The notes under the pieces were generated by a model. The model had not been told where the DNA came from. It was given only the letters and a program-made list of their open reading frames with translations, and ran no database searches. The translations under genes and the position numbers were made by a program. Below are positions 1-10,236 of a stretch of 54,484 nt of DNA, in pieces (position 1 is the stretch's first letter; each line of letters opens with the position of its first letter). The DNA is from Bacteroidales bacterium (GTDB lineage Bacteria > Bacteroidota > Bacteroidia > Bacteroidales > VadinHA17), in assembly GCA_015712185.1 (NCBI GenBank), contig JADDYF010000058.1:1-54484 (forward strand), given 5' to 3'.

Positions 1-155
1 GGCTCGTCATAACCGAACCATGCCCAGACCGGATTCATTTTACCCAGTTCTTGTCCGAGGCTTACAGATATGGTGGTTTTATCCTGTGAATTCACGCTGA
101 CTGAAACTCCGGTGAAGGATAAAAGGATTGGTATGACAAAATAGAATCTCCTCAT
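1..155 (-). CDS. N-terminal ~51 aa of a secreted protein (possibly a glycoside hydrolase); the gene runs off the window
   Basis: The reverse complement starts with ATG at 155-153 and reads MRRFYFVIPILLSFTGVSVSVNSQDKTTISVSLGQELGKMNPVWAWFGYDEP, open to the window edge. The N-terminus looks like a signal peptide. It is absent from the ORF track only because it is short in-window. The product guess rests only on the WFGYDEP-like motif. Confidence 0.45.
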   Translation of the reverse strand, partial: MRRFYFVIPILLSFTGVSVSVNSQDKTTISVSLGQELGKMNPVWAWFGYDE

Positions 156-365
156 TATATGTTTTTTAAAAACCTTAATAAAGATACTATCAGTATTTGT
201 TAAAATCCTGATGTGAGGGATAATGATACAAAAATATATCATGGTTATTTTTTGTTTGTAATTATTTTATATGTCAGTAAGACAGTCAGGAACCGAAATC
301 CTATCTTTAGAATCTCATAGATTTTATATTCACATTTTTATTAATTCTATTAAGAATATCGTCAT

Positions 366-1328
366 ATGATAAAAGAAATTTCCCTGAAAGAACTCAATCC
401 TGCCAATTTTATAGGCGATAAGGTAAATGAGATAAAGAATATTGTCGGGAACGGAATGGCAATCAATGCTCTTTCGGGAGGTGTTGACTCATCGGTGGTC
501 ACAATGCTTGGGCATAAGGCGCTTGGTGAAAACCTGAGGACTGTTTTTATCGAAAACGGTCTGATGAGGGAGGGAGAACCTGCACAGGTCTCAGCATTCT
601 TTAGAAAGCTTGGAGTAAGTGTTGAGATTATAGATGCAAGAAAAGAGTTTTTCGATGCACTTAAAGGTATAACCAATCCTGAAGAAAAAAGGGAAGCCAT
701 AACCCAGACATTCTATAAAAATGTATTCGGCAGGATTGTCAGAGAATGCGGAGCAAAATATCTCCTCCAGGGAACGATCCTGACCGATGTCGATGAAACT
801 GTTGCGGGAATAAAACGCCAGCATAACGTATTTGAACAGCTGGGTATTGATCCACAGGCTGCCTTTGGCTACAGGATAATAGAACCTCTGATCCAGCTGC
901 GTAAGGACAGCGTCAGGGAAGTCGGCAAAGCTCTCGGCCTGCCGCAGGAGATGTTCGAAAGGATCCCTTTCCCCGGACCGGCATTATCTGCGCGGGTAAT
1001 CGGTGAAGCAACTCCTGAACGGATCGATACCGTACGCAGGGCGACAGCTGTGGTTGAGCGTATCCTTAAATCCTCCGGTGCCTTTCAGTATATGGCAATC
1101 CTTCACGAGGACCGTGTAACAGGAATGCGCGAAGGAAAGCGTGATTTCGGACAACAGATCGAGATACGCTGCTGGGCCAGCAGGGATGCCCGCACTGCCT
1201 CGCCCACAAAGCTGCCCTTCGAAATCCTGGAGCTGCTTGCCCGGGAAATTATTAAAAATGTACCCGGGATAGTCAGCGTGACTTATAATATTGCTACGAA
1301 GCCTCCGTCAACAATTGAGGCGGTATAA
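366..1328 (+). CDS. GMP synthase ATP-pyrophosphatase half (GuaA C-terminal / archaeal subunit-B-like), with no amidotransferase domain
   Basis: It has the PP-loop SGGVDSS near the N-terminus. The C-terminal GMP-synthase dimerisation-domain motifs are present (IIEPL..LRKD.VR..G..LGLP, PFPGP.L..R..GE, ...KPPSTIEAV at the end). At 320 aa it is too short to hold a GATase domain. Confidence 0.8.
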   Translation: MIKEISLKELNPANFIGDKVNEIKNIVGNGMAINALSGGVDSSVVTMLGHKALGENLRTVFIENGLMREGEPAQVSAFFRKLGVSVEIIDARKEFFDALKGITNPEEKREAITQTFYKNVFGRIVRECGAKYLLQGTILTDVDETVAGIKRQHNVFEQLGIDPQAAFGYRIIEPLIQLRKDSVREVGKALGLPQEMFERIPFPGPALSARVIGEATPERIDTVRRATAVVERILKSSGAFQYMAILHEDRVTGMREGKRDFGQQIEIRCWASRDARTASPTKLPFEILELLAREIIKNVPGIVSVTYNIATKPPSTIEAV

Positions 1329-1334
1329 GATCTG

Positions 1335-3776
1335 TTAATCCCTGACGTCCAGATTAATAATAGCTTCTTTCAGTCCGGGAGAGGTTAACCTGACGGTAAC
1401 CTTGCCCATCTTATCCGTTGACTGCAGATACACCAGCAGCCTACCGTGAAAAGCGTGCTGTTTATTGTCCTTGTAGTCCTCAGTATTTGAAGGATTGGAA
1501 TCCTCCATTCCGAGAAGGATAACAGGCCCGGTTACCTGGCATGTCGTTTCATTATCAGCACTGTATACTGTATTTCCGGCTTCGTCGCATATATTTATAA
1601 AAATATGTGCCAGATCCTGCCTGTCCGCCTTCAGGGAACTCTTATCGCACCTGGCAATTATTGCTACAGGATTTCCTGTGGTCTTCAGCTCATGTGTTGC
1701 AACTTCCCTTCCGTTGTTTTTTGCTACTGCCCTTAATGTCCCGCTTTCAAAGGGAACTTCCCAGGAAATAGTTCTGTTCTTAAATTCCGACATCCTCTTA
1801 GCCACAAGAGGTTTGCCATTCAGAAAAAGCTCAACCTCCTCACAATTGGTGAATGCATTGACGCTTATAACCTGATCGGGTTTATAATTCCATAACGGTT
1901 CAACCCTTTTATGAGACCACAGGTTAACGGGACCTCTGTCAGTAAGCCGGTCAGATGTTCCCAGAAAAACCATTGGCTTATTGCTCCAGATGCTCTGTCT
2001 GAAAAAGAATTCCGGTTTCTTATTACCTGCCAGGTCAATTATTCCGGCTGTGTTTGACCGTGAAGGAAACCGCCCTGCTTCACCAAGATATTCGAAACCT
2101 GTCCACAGAAACTGCCCCATGACATAATCATTATCCGCAACATAATTCCACATTTCAAGGGTCATTCCGTTCTCGCTCCCATACAATGGTCTTTCGGGGT
2201 ATTTCTTATGGTCATATTCATAGCGGTTTTCCTGGTAATTGTAACCTGCCACATCGAGAGCCTGTGCATACCCTGTCTCATTCGACATCAGCGCAGAGGC
2301 TAGTCCGGCAGTGACGGGTCTGGTCTGGTCCAGCTCTTTTATTACTGTGACAAGCTCTTTTGCCACAACACCAAGCCTGTCAGCATGAGGCAGCTTATCA
2401 CTGAACTTTGCCCATGTCTGGGGATTTGCTTCAGTATTAAGTATCGGATGAGTATACGGATCGTTGGGATAGTCAACTTCATTACCGATACTCCACATGA
2501 TGACCGCCGGATGGTTCCGGTCTCTGAGGATAAAATCCTTCAGGTCGGTTCTTGACCATTCCGCGAAATTCACGGCATAGCCCTGCTTGCCCGGTGTTCC
2601 CACGTTCCATCCGGCAAGCCATTTATTTTTCGAAAGCTCCCATTCATCAAATGCCTCTCCTATTACAAGGAATCCTTTAATATCGCACAGATCGAGGAAA
2701 TCAGGAGAGAAAGGATTGTGGCTGGTTCTTATGGCATTGCACCCCAGTTCCTTAAGTATATCCAGCCTTCGTGATATCTCTTCGCGCGGGATAGCAGCAC
2801 CTAGCGTTCCGGCGTCGTGATGCATGCAAATACCTTTAAGCTTCATATTCCTTCCGTTCAGGAAAAATCCCCTGTCAGCATCGAACCTCAGGGTCCGGAA
2901 ACCAACCTGTGTCGTGACATCATCCATACTCCTTTTGTTCCTTAGAATGGTATGAAGAGTGTACAGTTTGGGATCATCAACATCCCATAACCGTGGATTC
3001 CTAATTGTGATTTCCTGATTGATTGTCTGTTCCCCTGAAGGATCCAGGGTGATCTTCCGGATTGCTTTCCCCACTGTATCATTTCCGGAAAGAAGGCAGT
3101 TGAGGACTTCGGCAGAAATTCTTTTACCGGTTTCATTTATTATGCTGGTCTCAACCGATAATTTTGCCTCAGTTTCCATCACCTGAGGTGTAGTATAATA
3201 TACGCCCCACTGCTTTATATGTACCTGATTCATTGTTAATAAATTAACAGAACGGTAGATTCCAGATCCAGTGTACCACCGCGAATCTGCCGCAAGGGAG
3301 TGGTCCACTTTAACGGCTATGAGGTTTTGCTGACCGAATTTAATATATGGTGTAAGATCATATTGAAATGAAATGTATCCGTTTGGCCTTTTACCGAGAT
3401 AGGCCCCGTTTATCCAAACCTCGCTGTTGTTGTATATTCCGTCAAAACTTATATAAATCAATCTGCCTTTTTCACTTTTCGGGATTATAAATGCTTTCCT
3501 GTACCATCCGATACCTCCCGGCAGATATCCGGTGCAGCTCGAGTTTTCGCTGCTGAAAGGTCCCTCAATACTCCAGTCGTGGGGAAGATCAAGTTGTCTC
3601 CAGTCACTGTCATCCAGACCAATATTCTGTCCTCCGGCAATATCCCCTTTATGAAATTTCCAGTCGAAATTGAAGTTCTGTATATTTCTCCCTGAAGTTT
3701 TTGCAGAGAGCTGTCCGCAGATCAGTACTGCAAGTGCAGTCAGTAACCATACCCGTAAACTGTCACCTGTTTTCAT
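1335..3776 (-). CDS. Glycoside hydrolase family 2 (beta-galactosidase-like), secreted
   Basis: 813 aa with a signal peptide. The N-terminus has NFDWKFHKGD and WRQLDLPHDW. The TIM-barrel motifs are IRTSHNP and IMWSIGNEV (acid/base Glu context), and YGSENG gives the nucleophile context. Confidence 0.85.
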   Translation of the reverse strand: MKTGDSLRVWLLTALAVLICGQLSAKTSGRNIQNFNFDWKFHKGDIAGGQNIGLDDSDWRQLDLPHDWSIEGPFSSENSSCTGYLPGGIGWYRKAFIIPKSEKGRLIYISFDGIYNNSEVWINGAYLGKRPNGYISFQYDLTPYIKFGQQNLIAVKVDHSLAADSRWYTGSGIYRSVNLLTMNQVHIKQWGVYYTTPQVMETEAKLSVETSIINETGKRISAEVLNCLLSGNDTVGKAIRKITLDPSGEQTINQEITIRNPRLWDVDDPKLYTLHTILRNKRSMDDVTTQVGFRTLRFDADRGFFLNGRNMKLKGICMHHDAGTLGAAIPREEISRRLDILKELGCNAIRTSHNPFSPDFLDLCDIKGFLVIGEAFDEWELSKNKWLAGWNVGTPGKQGYAVNFAEWSRTDLKDFILRDRNHPAVIMWSIGNEVDYPNDPYTHPILNTEANPQTWAKFSDKLPHADRLGVVAKELVTVIKELDQTRPVTAGLASALMSNETGYAQALDVAGYNYQENRYEYDHKKYPERPLYGSENGMTLEMWNYVADNDYVMGQFLWTGFEYLGEAGRFPSRSNTAGIIDLAGNKKPEFFFRQSIWSNKPMVFLGTSDRLTDRGPVNLWSHKRVEPLWNYKPDQVISVNAFTNCEEVELFLNGKPLVAKRMSEFKNRTISWEVPFESGTLRAVAKNNGREVATHELKTTGNPVAIIARCDKSSLKADRQDLAHIFINICDEAGNTVYSADNETTCQVTGPVILLGMEDSNPSNTEDYKDNKQHAFHGRLLVYLQSTDKMGKVTVRLTSPGLKEAIINLDVRD

Positions 3777-3824
3777 TGGCTTTACATTATTAAGATAAAG
3801 ATTCTATTCCCTTTCCAAAATAAC

Positions 3825-3832
3825 TATATTTG
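3825..3832 (+). promoter_or_regulatory. Candidate Bacteroidota -7 promoter box (TAnnTTTG)
   Basis: TATATTTG lies 41 nt upstream of the ATG at 3873. It is a motif match only. Confidence 0.3.
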
Positions 3833-3872
3833 GTTTAATTTTTTATTTTTCCCCGTTTAAAAATGCCCTTCC

Positions 3873-6590
3873 ATGAATAAATTATCAAAATCGTTAAGTA
3901 CAGGAGTTTTCCTGTTTTTTTTCAGTCTGACAGCCATTGCGCAGGATACGCTTCCGGCAATAACCGAAAAAGATTATGCCAGATGGCAAAACCTGGGATC
4001 ATATTCCATTTCGAATGATGGCAGCTGGGTAAGCTGGAATGTTACCCTGGTAGACGGAGATGATACACTTTATATTAAAAACCCATCTTCATCAAAGCTT
4101 TATAAATACCCGCTTTCGACAGGAAACATCTTTTCAGATGATTCAAAGTGGGCAGCTTCCAGAATGGGCTACAGCGAGAAACAGATCGAAAAAATGACCG
4201 AACAGAAAAAACCTGTGAAATACAAAACAAGACTCGTAAACCTTGAATCAGGTACTGTCAGGGTATTCGAAAATACTGAATCATTTATATTTACAAGAGA
4301 TGCCAGCCATCTCATAATGAGCGGATATGCAAATGACAGCAAGACAAAGGACCTGTTCATCCATAACCTGAAGACAGGCAGCACAAAAAACATCGGTAAT
4401 ATCTCGGAGTTTTCGGTGAATAAACCCGGCAACAGGCTTGCATATATAACCAGTGCTGAAAACAAGAAAGGCAATGGCGTCGAACTCATGAACCTCGATA
4501 ACTATAACATCTCATTCCTCAGCAATGATACTGCTGTTTACAGAAATCTTGTCTGGGAGAGAGAAGGAAATGTCCTTATGTTCCTGAAAGCTTTCACCGA
4601 TACAAGTTATGTCGAGGAGAATCATGTTGTTTTTACAGTCAGGAATATTTACACTAAACCTGATATAAAAAGCTATAATCCATCATCGGACAAAGCGTTT
4701 CCTGCGGGCATGTACATAAAGGAAGCCTACAGGCCCGTAATTTCAGATGATTACAAAATCCTTTATTTCGGCGTTTTTGACTGGACGAAAAAGGAGAAGA
4801 AAGACAAAAAGGCTCCGGCGGAAACTCCAAAAATACCCGGAGTGGATATATGGCACTGGAAGGATGATCCCATTCAGCCCCGCCAAAAGAATACATATAC
4901 TACCGATAAAAACTTCACCTATCTTTTTGCATGGAATCTCGAGCCGAACAACGTTGTTAAAATTACTGATGACACCATCAGGAGGGCAACAGTGACCGGT
5001 GACGGACATCATGCAATTGTGACTGACGACACCCCTTACCGACCAGCCTTCCGTCAGCCCACTTTCGATTATTACCTAGTAAATTCAACCACCGGCGCTA
5101 AAAAACAGATACTGACAGCCTTCTCCTCTGTTTACGGGTCATCGCCTGCCGGAAAATACCTGCTCTATTTTAAGGATAAGAACTGGTGGGTCTATGATAT
5201 TTACAAAGATGTTCATTTAAATCTGACAAAGGATATCGAGACCATATTCTGGAATACACGTGACGACAGTCCGCTGGATGTTAAGCCTCCGTTCGGCAGC
5301 GGCGGATGGTTTAAAGATGACAAGGCGCTGCTCGTATACGATGAATATGACATTTGGAAAATCAATATGGATGGCTCGAAGCCTGTAAGGTTAACAAACG
5401 GGAAGGAAAACAAGATCATTTTCAGGTTTGTCAGGCTCGATTTCGAATATCCGTATATCGACGGAACCAAGGATCTGTATTTCTCGGCATCGGGCGACCT
5501 GACAAAGGAATCGGGATATTACAGGTTGACTGTCAGGAACAAATTCGAGAAGCTTATTTACGAGGCAAAGGCAATTTCCGGACTCAGAAAAGCTGAAAAA
5601 GCCGATTACTTTGTTTACAGATCCGAAACATATTCTTTATCCCCAAATGTTTACAGAACGTCAGGAACATTCTCCAGCCATGTGAAAATATCCGATACCA
5701 ATCCACAGCAGGCTAAGTTTGCCTGGGGTAAAAGTGAGCTTGTCAATTTTACCAACCGTGATGGCAAACCACTTCAGGGAGCCCTGTTCTACCCGGCTAA
5801 ATACGAGCCCGGGAAAAAATATCCCATGATTGTTTATATCTACGAGATCAGGTCCAATGTTCTTAATTATTACGTATCACCTTCGCCAAGGAGCTCATAT
5901 AATACTACAAATTATACAAGCCAGGGGTATTTTGTTTTCCAGCCCGATATTGTCTACAAGACAAATCACCCGGGAGAATCGGCAGTGAACTGCGTTGTCC
6001 CGGCTGTTGAGGAAGTTCTGAAGAAAGGTATGATCGATGAGAAGAAGATAGGTATCATGGGACACAGCTGGGGTGCTTACCAGACAAGCTTCATAATTAC
6101 CCAGTCAGACTTATTCTCTGCCGCAGTTGCAGGTGCTCCTCTCATTAATATGATCAGCATGTATAACGAGATCTACTGGAACTCCGGCAATCCGAACCAG
6201 AATATCTTTGAAATATCCCAGGGACGGTTAAGGGAGCCATGGTGGATCCAGCTTGATGAGTATATGGCTAACTCTCCGATGTTCCAGGCAAAGAACATCA
6301 AAACACCCCTGCTTGTGGCTTTCGGAACGAGCGATGGTGCTGTGGACTGGCATCAGGGCATTGAGATGTTCACAACCATGCGCAGGATGGAAAAGCCATA
6401 TATTATGCTTGTGTATGACGGCGAGAATCATTCGCTTGCGAAGAAGGAGAATCAGCTGGACTATACCAAAAAGGTCAATGAATTCTTCAATCATTACCTC
6501 CTCGGAGAAAAACCGGGCGAATGGATAGTGAAGGGGAAAAAATACATTGATAAGAAGACAGAGGAAGAAAAGGCAACAGCCAAGAAATAA
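3873..6590 (+). CDS. S9 family serine peptidase (prolyl oligopeptidase / dipeptidyl-peptidase-like), secreted
   Basis: 905 aa with a signal peptide and a long beta-propeller-like N-terminal half. The C-terminal alpha/beta-hydrolase part has GHSWGAY (GxSxG nucleophile), FGTSDGAVD (Asp) and GENHSL (His). Confidence 0.85.
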   Translation: MNKLSKSLSTGVFLFFFSLTAIAQDTLPAITEKDYARWQNLGSYSISNDGSWVSWNVTLVDGDDTLYIKNPSSSKLYKYPLSTGNIFSDDSKWAASRMGYSEKQIEKMTEQKKPVKYKTRLVNLESGTVRVFENTESFIFTRDASHLIMSGYANDSKTKDLFIHNLKTGSTKNIGNISEFSVNKPGNRLAYITSAENKKGNGVELMNLDNYNISFLSNDTAVYRNLVWEREGNVLMFLKAFTDTSYVEENHVVFTVRNIYTKPDIKSYNPSSDKAFPAGMYIKEAYRPVISDDYKILYFGVFDWTKKEKKDKKAPAETPKIPGVDIWHWKDDPIQPRQKNTYTTDKNFTYLFAWNLEPNNVVKITDDTIRRATVTGDGHHAIVTDDTPYRPAFRQPTFDYYLVNSTTGAKKQILTAFSSVYGSSPAGKYLLYFKDKNWWVYDIYKDVHLNLTKDIETIFWNTRDDSPLDVKPPFGSGGWFKDDKALLVYDEYDIWKINMDGSKPVRLTNGKENKIIFRFVRLDFEYPYIDGTKDLYFSASGDLTKESGYYRLTVRNKFEKLIYEAKAISGLRKAEKADYFVYRSETYSLSPNVYRTSGTFSSHVKISDTNPQQAKFAWGKSELVNFTNRDGKPLQGALFYPAKYEPGKKYPMIVYIYEIRSNVLNYYVSPSPRSSYNTTNYTSQGYFVFQPDIVYKTNHPGESAVNCVVPAVEEVLKKGMIDEKKIGIMGHSWGAYQTSFIITQSDLFSAAVAGAPLINMISMYNEIYWNSGNPNQNIFEISQGRLREPWWIQLDEYMANSPMFQAKNIKTPLLVAFGTSDGAVDWHQGIEMFTTMRRMEKPYIMLVYDGENHSLAKKENQLDYTKKVNEFFNHYLLGEKPGEWIVKGKKYIDKKTEEEKATAKK

Positions 6591-6597
6591 TACCCGT

Positions 6598-7686
6598 ATG
6601 AATTATTTTCTGTTCAGTATCCTGTTAATCTCCGGCTTTTACCTGGAGGGATGCCAGATTACGGATGAAAAGAACGCCGAAATAAAACGCACCTTCATAA
6701 ATCCTGTGTTTGACGGGGCTGATCCCTGGTTCATTGAGAAAGACGGGTACTATTATCATTCCTTTTCGGGGAGAAACGGCATCAGTATCACAAAATCAAA
6801 ATTCCTTACAAAACCCGGAGAAACAAAAAGAGTATGGGAGGCCCCCGAAGCCGGCTGGAACAGAGCCTGTGTGTGGGCACCGGAGCTGCATTTCATTGAC
6901 GGACACTGGTATGTTTATTACGCGGCCGGAGAATCCGGACCTCCTTATATACATCAGAAAACAGGAGTGCTCAAATCTGAAACCGATGATCCTTTCAGTA
7001 AATATTCCGACGAGGGAATGCTCTATACCGGGGACAATCCCGACATGAAAAGCGGCAATATCTGGGCAATCGACATGACTGTATTCAATTTCATGAATCA
7101 TCTTTATGCAGTCTGGTCAGGCTGGGAAAGTGCCGCTCTCACCGATAAAACACCGCAGCATCTCTATATAGCAGAAATGAGTGATCCCTGCACAATCAAA
7201 GGAATAAGGGTCAGGATATCCAGTCCGGAGGAACCATGGGAGACAGGTGGTCCTCTCGACCTCCAGGAAGGACCGGAAATACTGGTAAAGAATGAAAATC
7301 TGTTTATAGTCTATTCATGCCGTGAGTCGTGGACAACTGACTACAGGCTCGGAATTCTCCGTCTGAAAGATGTTAATGGCTCACCTCTTTCGCCGTCAAA
7401 CTGGGAAAAAACAGGTCCTGTCTTTCAGGGTCCCACCGGTACGGGACATTGCTCATTTGTAAAGTCCCCCGACGGCAGCGAAGACTGGATCATCTATCAT
7501 TCCAAAAAAAGTATCAGGGAGGGCTGGGAAAGAGATGTAAGGATGCAGAGTTATACCTGGGATAAAAATGGTTCTCCATTATTCGGTACACCTGTAACGC
7601 CCGGCGTGGAAATCAATCGTCCGGCCGGCGAATACGAACTCGAAAGAAGGTTGATGCGGGCCGGGACAAAAGGAGAGCAGGAATAA
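6598..7686 (+). CDS. Glycoside hydrolase family 43-like lipoprotein
   Basis: I chose the start at the ATG at 6598 (MNYFLFSILLISGFYLEGC, lipoprotein-like). The track start at 6547 overlaps the upstream gene. Motifs are DPWFIEKDGYYYH, WAPELHFIDGHWYVYY and LQEGPEIL, matching the GH43 catalytic Asp/Glu contexts. Confidence 0.8.
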   Translation: MNYFLFSILLISGFYLEGCQITDEKNAEIKRTFINPVFDGADPWFIEKDGYYYHSFSGRNGISITKSKFLTKPGETKRVWEAPEAGWNRACVWAPELHFIDGHWYVYYAAGESGPPYIHQKTGVLKSETDDPFSKYSDEGMLYTGDNPDMKSGNIWAIDMTVFNFMNHLYAVWSGWESAALTDKTPQHLYIAEMSDPCTIKGIRVRISSPEEPWETGGPLDLQEGPEILVKNENLFIVYSCRESWTTDYRLGILRLKDVNGSPLSPSNWEKTGPVFQGPTGTGHCSFVKSPDGSEDWIIYHSKKSIREGWERDVRMQSYTWDKNGSPLFGTPVTPGVEINRPAGEYELERRLMRAGTKGEQE

Positions 7687-7692
7687 GAATCA

Positions 7693-8778
7693 ATGTCTGA
7701 AGACAGCCACTATACTCTCGTAAGCAAACTGAAACCGTCGCGGATCATCATACCTGTTGTTATAGGTCTTGCGGTGGTTGGGTGGTTTATTATCAAGGAT
7801 ATAAATGTCGATGCATTAAGGAAACTTCATTTTACCGGGAGCACGGTTTTCTGGATTTTTGTTGCCTGGTGCTGCATGCTGGGACGGGATCTCGGGTATA
7901 TGATCCGTATAAGGATACTCACCGAAAAGGACCTCACGTGGCTGCAGGCATTCAGGGTTATTATGCTCTGGGAATTCACATCGGCAATTACACCTTCAAC
8001 TGTGGGAGGAACAGCTGTCGCAGTGGTTTTTATCCATAAGGAAGGTATTTCAGTAGGAAGAAGCACATCTGTTGTGCTCGCAACTTCGTTCCTCGATGAG
8101 CTTTATTTTGTGATAATGTTCCCGGTGATACTGATTACTGTGGGAGGAAAGATTCTGTTCACTACTTCTGTGGAGTCAATCGGAGTTACTTTTCTGAACA
8201 ATCTGGTAATTGTCGCTATTGTTGGATATACCATCATACTGGCCTGGGTAATTTTTGTCGGCTACGGACTTTTCGTCGATCCCGTCAAGATAAAGCAAAC
8301 CCTAATTTATGTTTTCAGGCTGCCACTAATAAGAAGATGGAGGGAATCGGCCGTTAAAGCAGGAAATGATATCGTTGAAAGCTCACGTGAGCTGAAAAGG
8401 AAGCCATTCTCGTTCTGGTTAAAGGTGTTTGCAGCTACATTCCTGTCATGGACATCGAGGTACTGGGTCGTAAATGCAATACTGGTTGCATTTTTCTCCG
8501 TGAGCGATCATTTCCTGATATTCGCCAGACAGCTGTTGACATGGATAATAATGATTATACTGCCGACACCGGGAGGCAGCGGCTTTGCAGAGGTAATTCT
8601 CGGCCGGTACATAACGGATGCCATTCCGGCCGATCCGGCTTATGCCGGAAGTATCGCATTTGCAATCGCCATTATCTGGCGGTTAATAAGCTATTACCCC
8701 TACCTGCTTGTAGGAGCATTAATAATCCCCGGATGGATACAGAAGAAATTCGGCAGATCAATTTCAAAAAAGAAATAG
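7693..8778 (+). CDS. Polytopic membrane protein, lysyl-phosphatidylglycerol-synthase-TM / UPF0104 flippase-like family
   Basis: 361 aa with about 8 hydrophobic segments and the family-typical LPTPGGSGFAEV motif near the C-terminus. Confidence 0.7.
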   Translation: MSEDSHYTLVSKLKPSRIIIPVVIGLAVVGWFIIKDINVDALRKLHFTGSTVFWIFVAWCCMLGRDLGYMIRIRILTEKDLTWLQAFRVIMLWEFTSAITPSTVGGTAVAVVFIHKEGISVGRSTSVVLATSFLDELYFVIMFPVILITVGGKILFTTSVESIGVTFLNNLVIVAIVGYTIILAWVIFVGYGLFVDPVKIKQTLIYVFRLPLIRRWRESAVKAGNDIVESSRELKRKPFSFWLKVFAATFLSWTSRYWVVNAILVAFFSVSDHFLIFARQLLTWIIMIILPTPGGSGFAEVILGRYITDAIPADPAYAGSIAFAIAIIWRLISYYPYLLVGALIIPGWIQKKFGRSISKKK

Positions 8779-8883
8779 TATTTTTACAGCGGATTATTCT
8801 CTTGCTGAGTATAATGCCTGCAGTATTTTCGTTAAACAGTTTTTGCTTTTTAATATCTTTGGTTAAACCAATTAATTAACCTT

Positions 8884-9798
8884 GTGAAAGGAAGATCGCT
8901 TGTCGTACTGCTTATAATTCTGTCTGTCATTATTTCATGCAGGAATTCTGCAACTAAAAAGGGAGAGTCTTCTTTCGCTTCCGCTGATTCAATATCTTTC
9001 GGGGAAGCTCAAAAGCTCAGTGCAGAAGCCATTGCCGATATCTCCAGGAACATTGCATCACCGGTGGAGATAGCAAATCTCCTCCAGGAGATGAATGTGC
9101 CCTTCTCTCCTGAATACCTTGCCACCTCAATCGATGCCGGAACGCAGAAGACAGAATTCGATAAGGCGCTGACACTTGGAATACTGGGTGCTGACCTGGG
9201 TTATCTTAATATGTACGAAAAGACGGGTTCATCAATCGACATTCTCTCATCCATCAGGAAGCTTGCAGAAGGAATCAATGTAGGTCAGTTTTTTGATTTT
9301 GAGACCATAAAAAGAGTGTCGCTGAATAAATCAGATCTCGACTCGCTTTTATTCCTTTCCATTGACTCATACACCCGGATCGACGAATATCTTCGTGACA
9401 ATGACAGGGGGCATCTTTCCGCTCTTATGATCATCGGAGTATGGATTGAGGGGCAGTACCTTGCAACACAGGTAATGAACCATTATCCTGATACACTTCT
9501 CAGAGACCGTATAGGTGAGCAGAAAATCATACTTAATGACCTCCTGCTTCTTGCAAGTCCCTACTGCAACGACTATCCCAAATTTACAGACCTCTGCCGG
9601 AATCTCCGGGAGATCAGGGATAAATACAGGGATATCAGGATCACATATACTCTTGGAGACCCGGTAAGCGTTGAGAAAGACGGCGGACTTGTAATAACCC
9701 AGACCGAAACCAGTAAGGTAGATATGACTGCGGGACAGCTCGCGGAAATTATTGAGACATCAAAAAATATCAGAAATAAACTACTTGTTACCAATTAG
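8884..9798 (+). CDS. Hypothetical lipoprotein
   Basis: GTG start. The N-terminus MKGRSLVVLLIILSVIISC looks like a lipoprotein signal. The rest looks helical and I recognise no family. Confidence 0.55.
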   Translation: MKGRSLVVLLIILSVIISCRNSATKKGESSFASADSISFGEAQKLSAEAIADISRNIASPVEIANLLQEMNVPFSPEYLATSIDAGTQKTEFDKALTLGILGADLGYLNMYEKTGSSIDILSSIRKLAEGINVGQFFDFETIKRVSLNKSDLDSLLFLSIDSYTRIDEYLRDNDRGHLSALMIIGVWIEGQYLATQVMNHYPDTLLRDRIGEQKIILNDLLLLASPYCNDYPKFTDLCRNLREIRDKYRDIRITYTLGDPVSVEKDGGLVITQTETSKVDMTAGQLAEIIETSKNIRNKLLVTN

Positions 9799-9799
9799 C

Positions 9800-10231
9800 A
9801 TGAAAAAAATATTATTCTCGCTTTTTCTATTTTTCATAGCGGCCGGCCTGTCCGGACAACCGACCGATCCGCTGGTAAGCAGCTGTCTGAAGACAAGCGG
9901 CCCGAATGCCAGATACCTCAAGGATTTCAGGATCCAGCTGGGTAAAGCAGCTTCAGGTGCCGACATGCGGTTCAAAGCGAACATATCACTCTGGAGAAAC
10001 ACAAAGTACAGATTTACCTTGTGCAATACTGAAGATTCAAAAGGAAAGCTCATCCTGACCATTAAAGATGAAGCTGACAACGTCGTTCTCACATCATATG
10101 ACCAGAAAACAGGGAAGATATATCCTTATGTCGACTTTATATGCAACAAAAGCGGGATCTATCAGCTGAATTTTGATTTCGAAAATGGTCAGAAGGGATC
10201 AGGTGTGGGAGTTGTCTCAATGATCAGATGA
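9800..10231 (+). CDS. Hypothetical small secreted protein
   Basis: The ATG at 9800 gives MKKILFSLFLFFIAAGLSGQ (signal peptide) one nt after the upstream stop codon. The track start at 9752 overlaps the upstream gene. No family recognised. Confidence 0.5.
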   Translation: MKKILFSLFLFFIAAGLSGQPTDPLVSSCLKTSGPNARYLKDFRIQLGKAASGADMRFKANISLWRNTKYRFTLCNTEDSKGKLILTIKDEADNVVLTSYDQKTGKIYPYVDFICNKSGIYQLNFDFENGQKGSGVGVVSMIR

Positions 10232-10236
10232 TCATT

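Noticed and set aside
156-365. Possible purine riboswitch upstream of the GMP-synthase-like gene.
   Set aside because: The region is AT-rich. It lacks the conserved purine-riboswitch core (no paired P2/P3 loops or junction sequence that I can recognise).
6547-6597. Upstream-extended starts in the ORF track at 6547, 9752, 27703, 33321 (TTG) and 49823 (TTG).
   Set aside because: In each case an internal ATG immediately precedes a clean signal peptide or the conserved N-terminus. The extension overlaps the upstream gene or, for dxs, a -7 promoter box.
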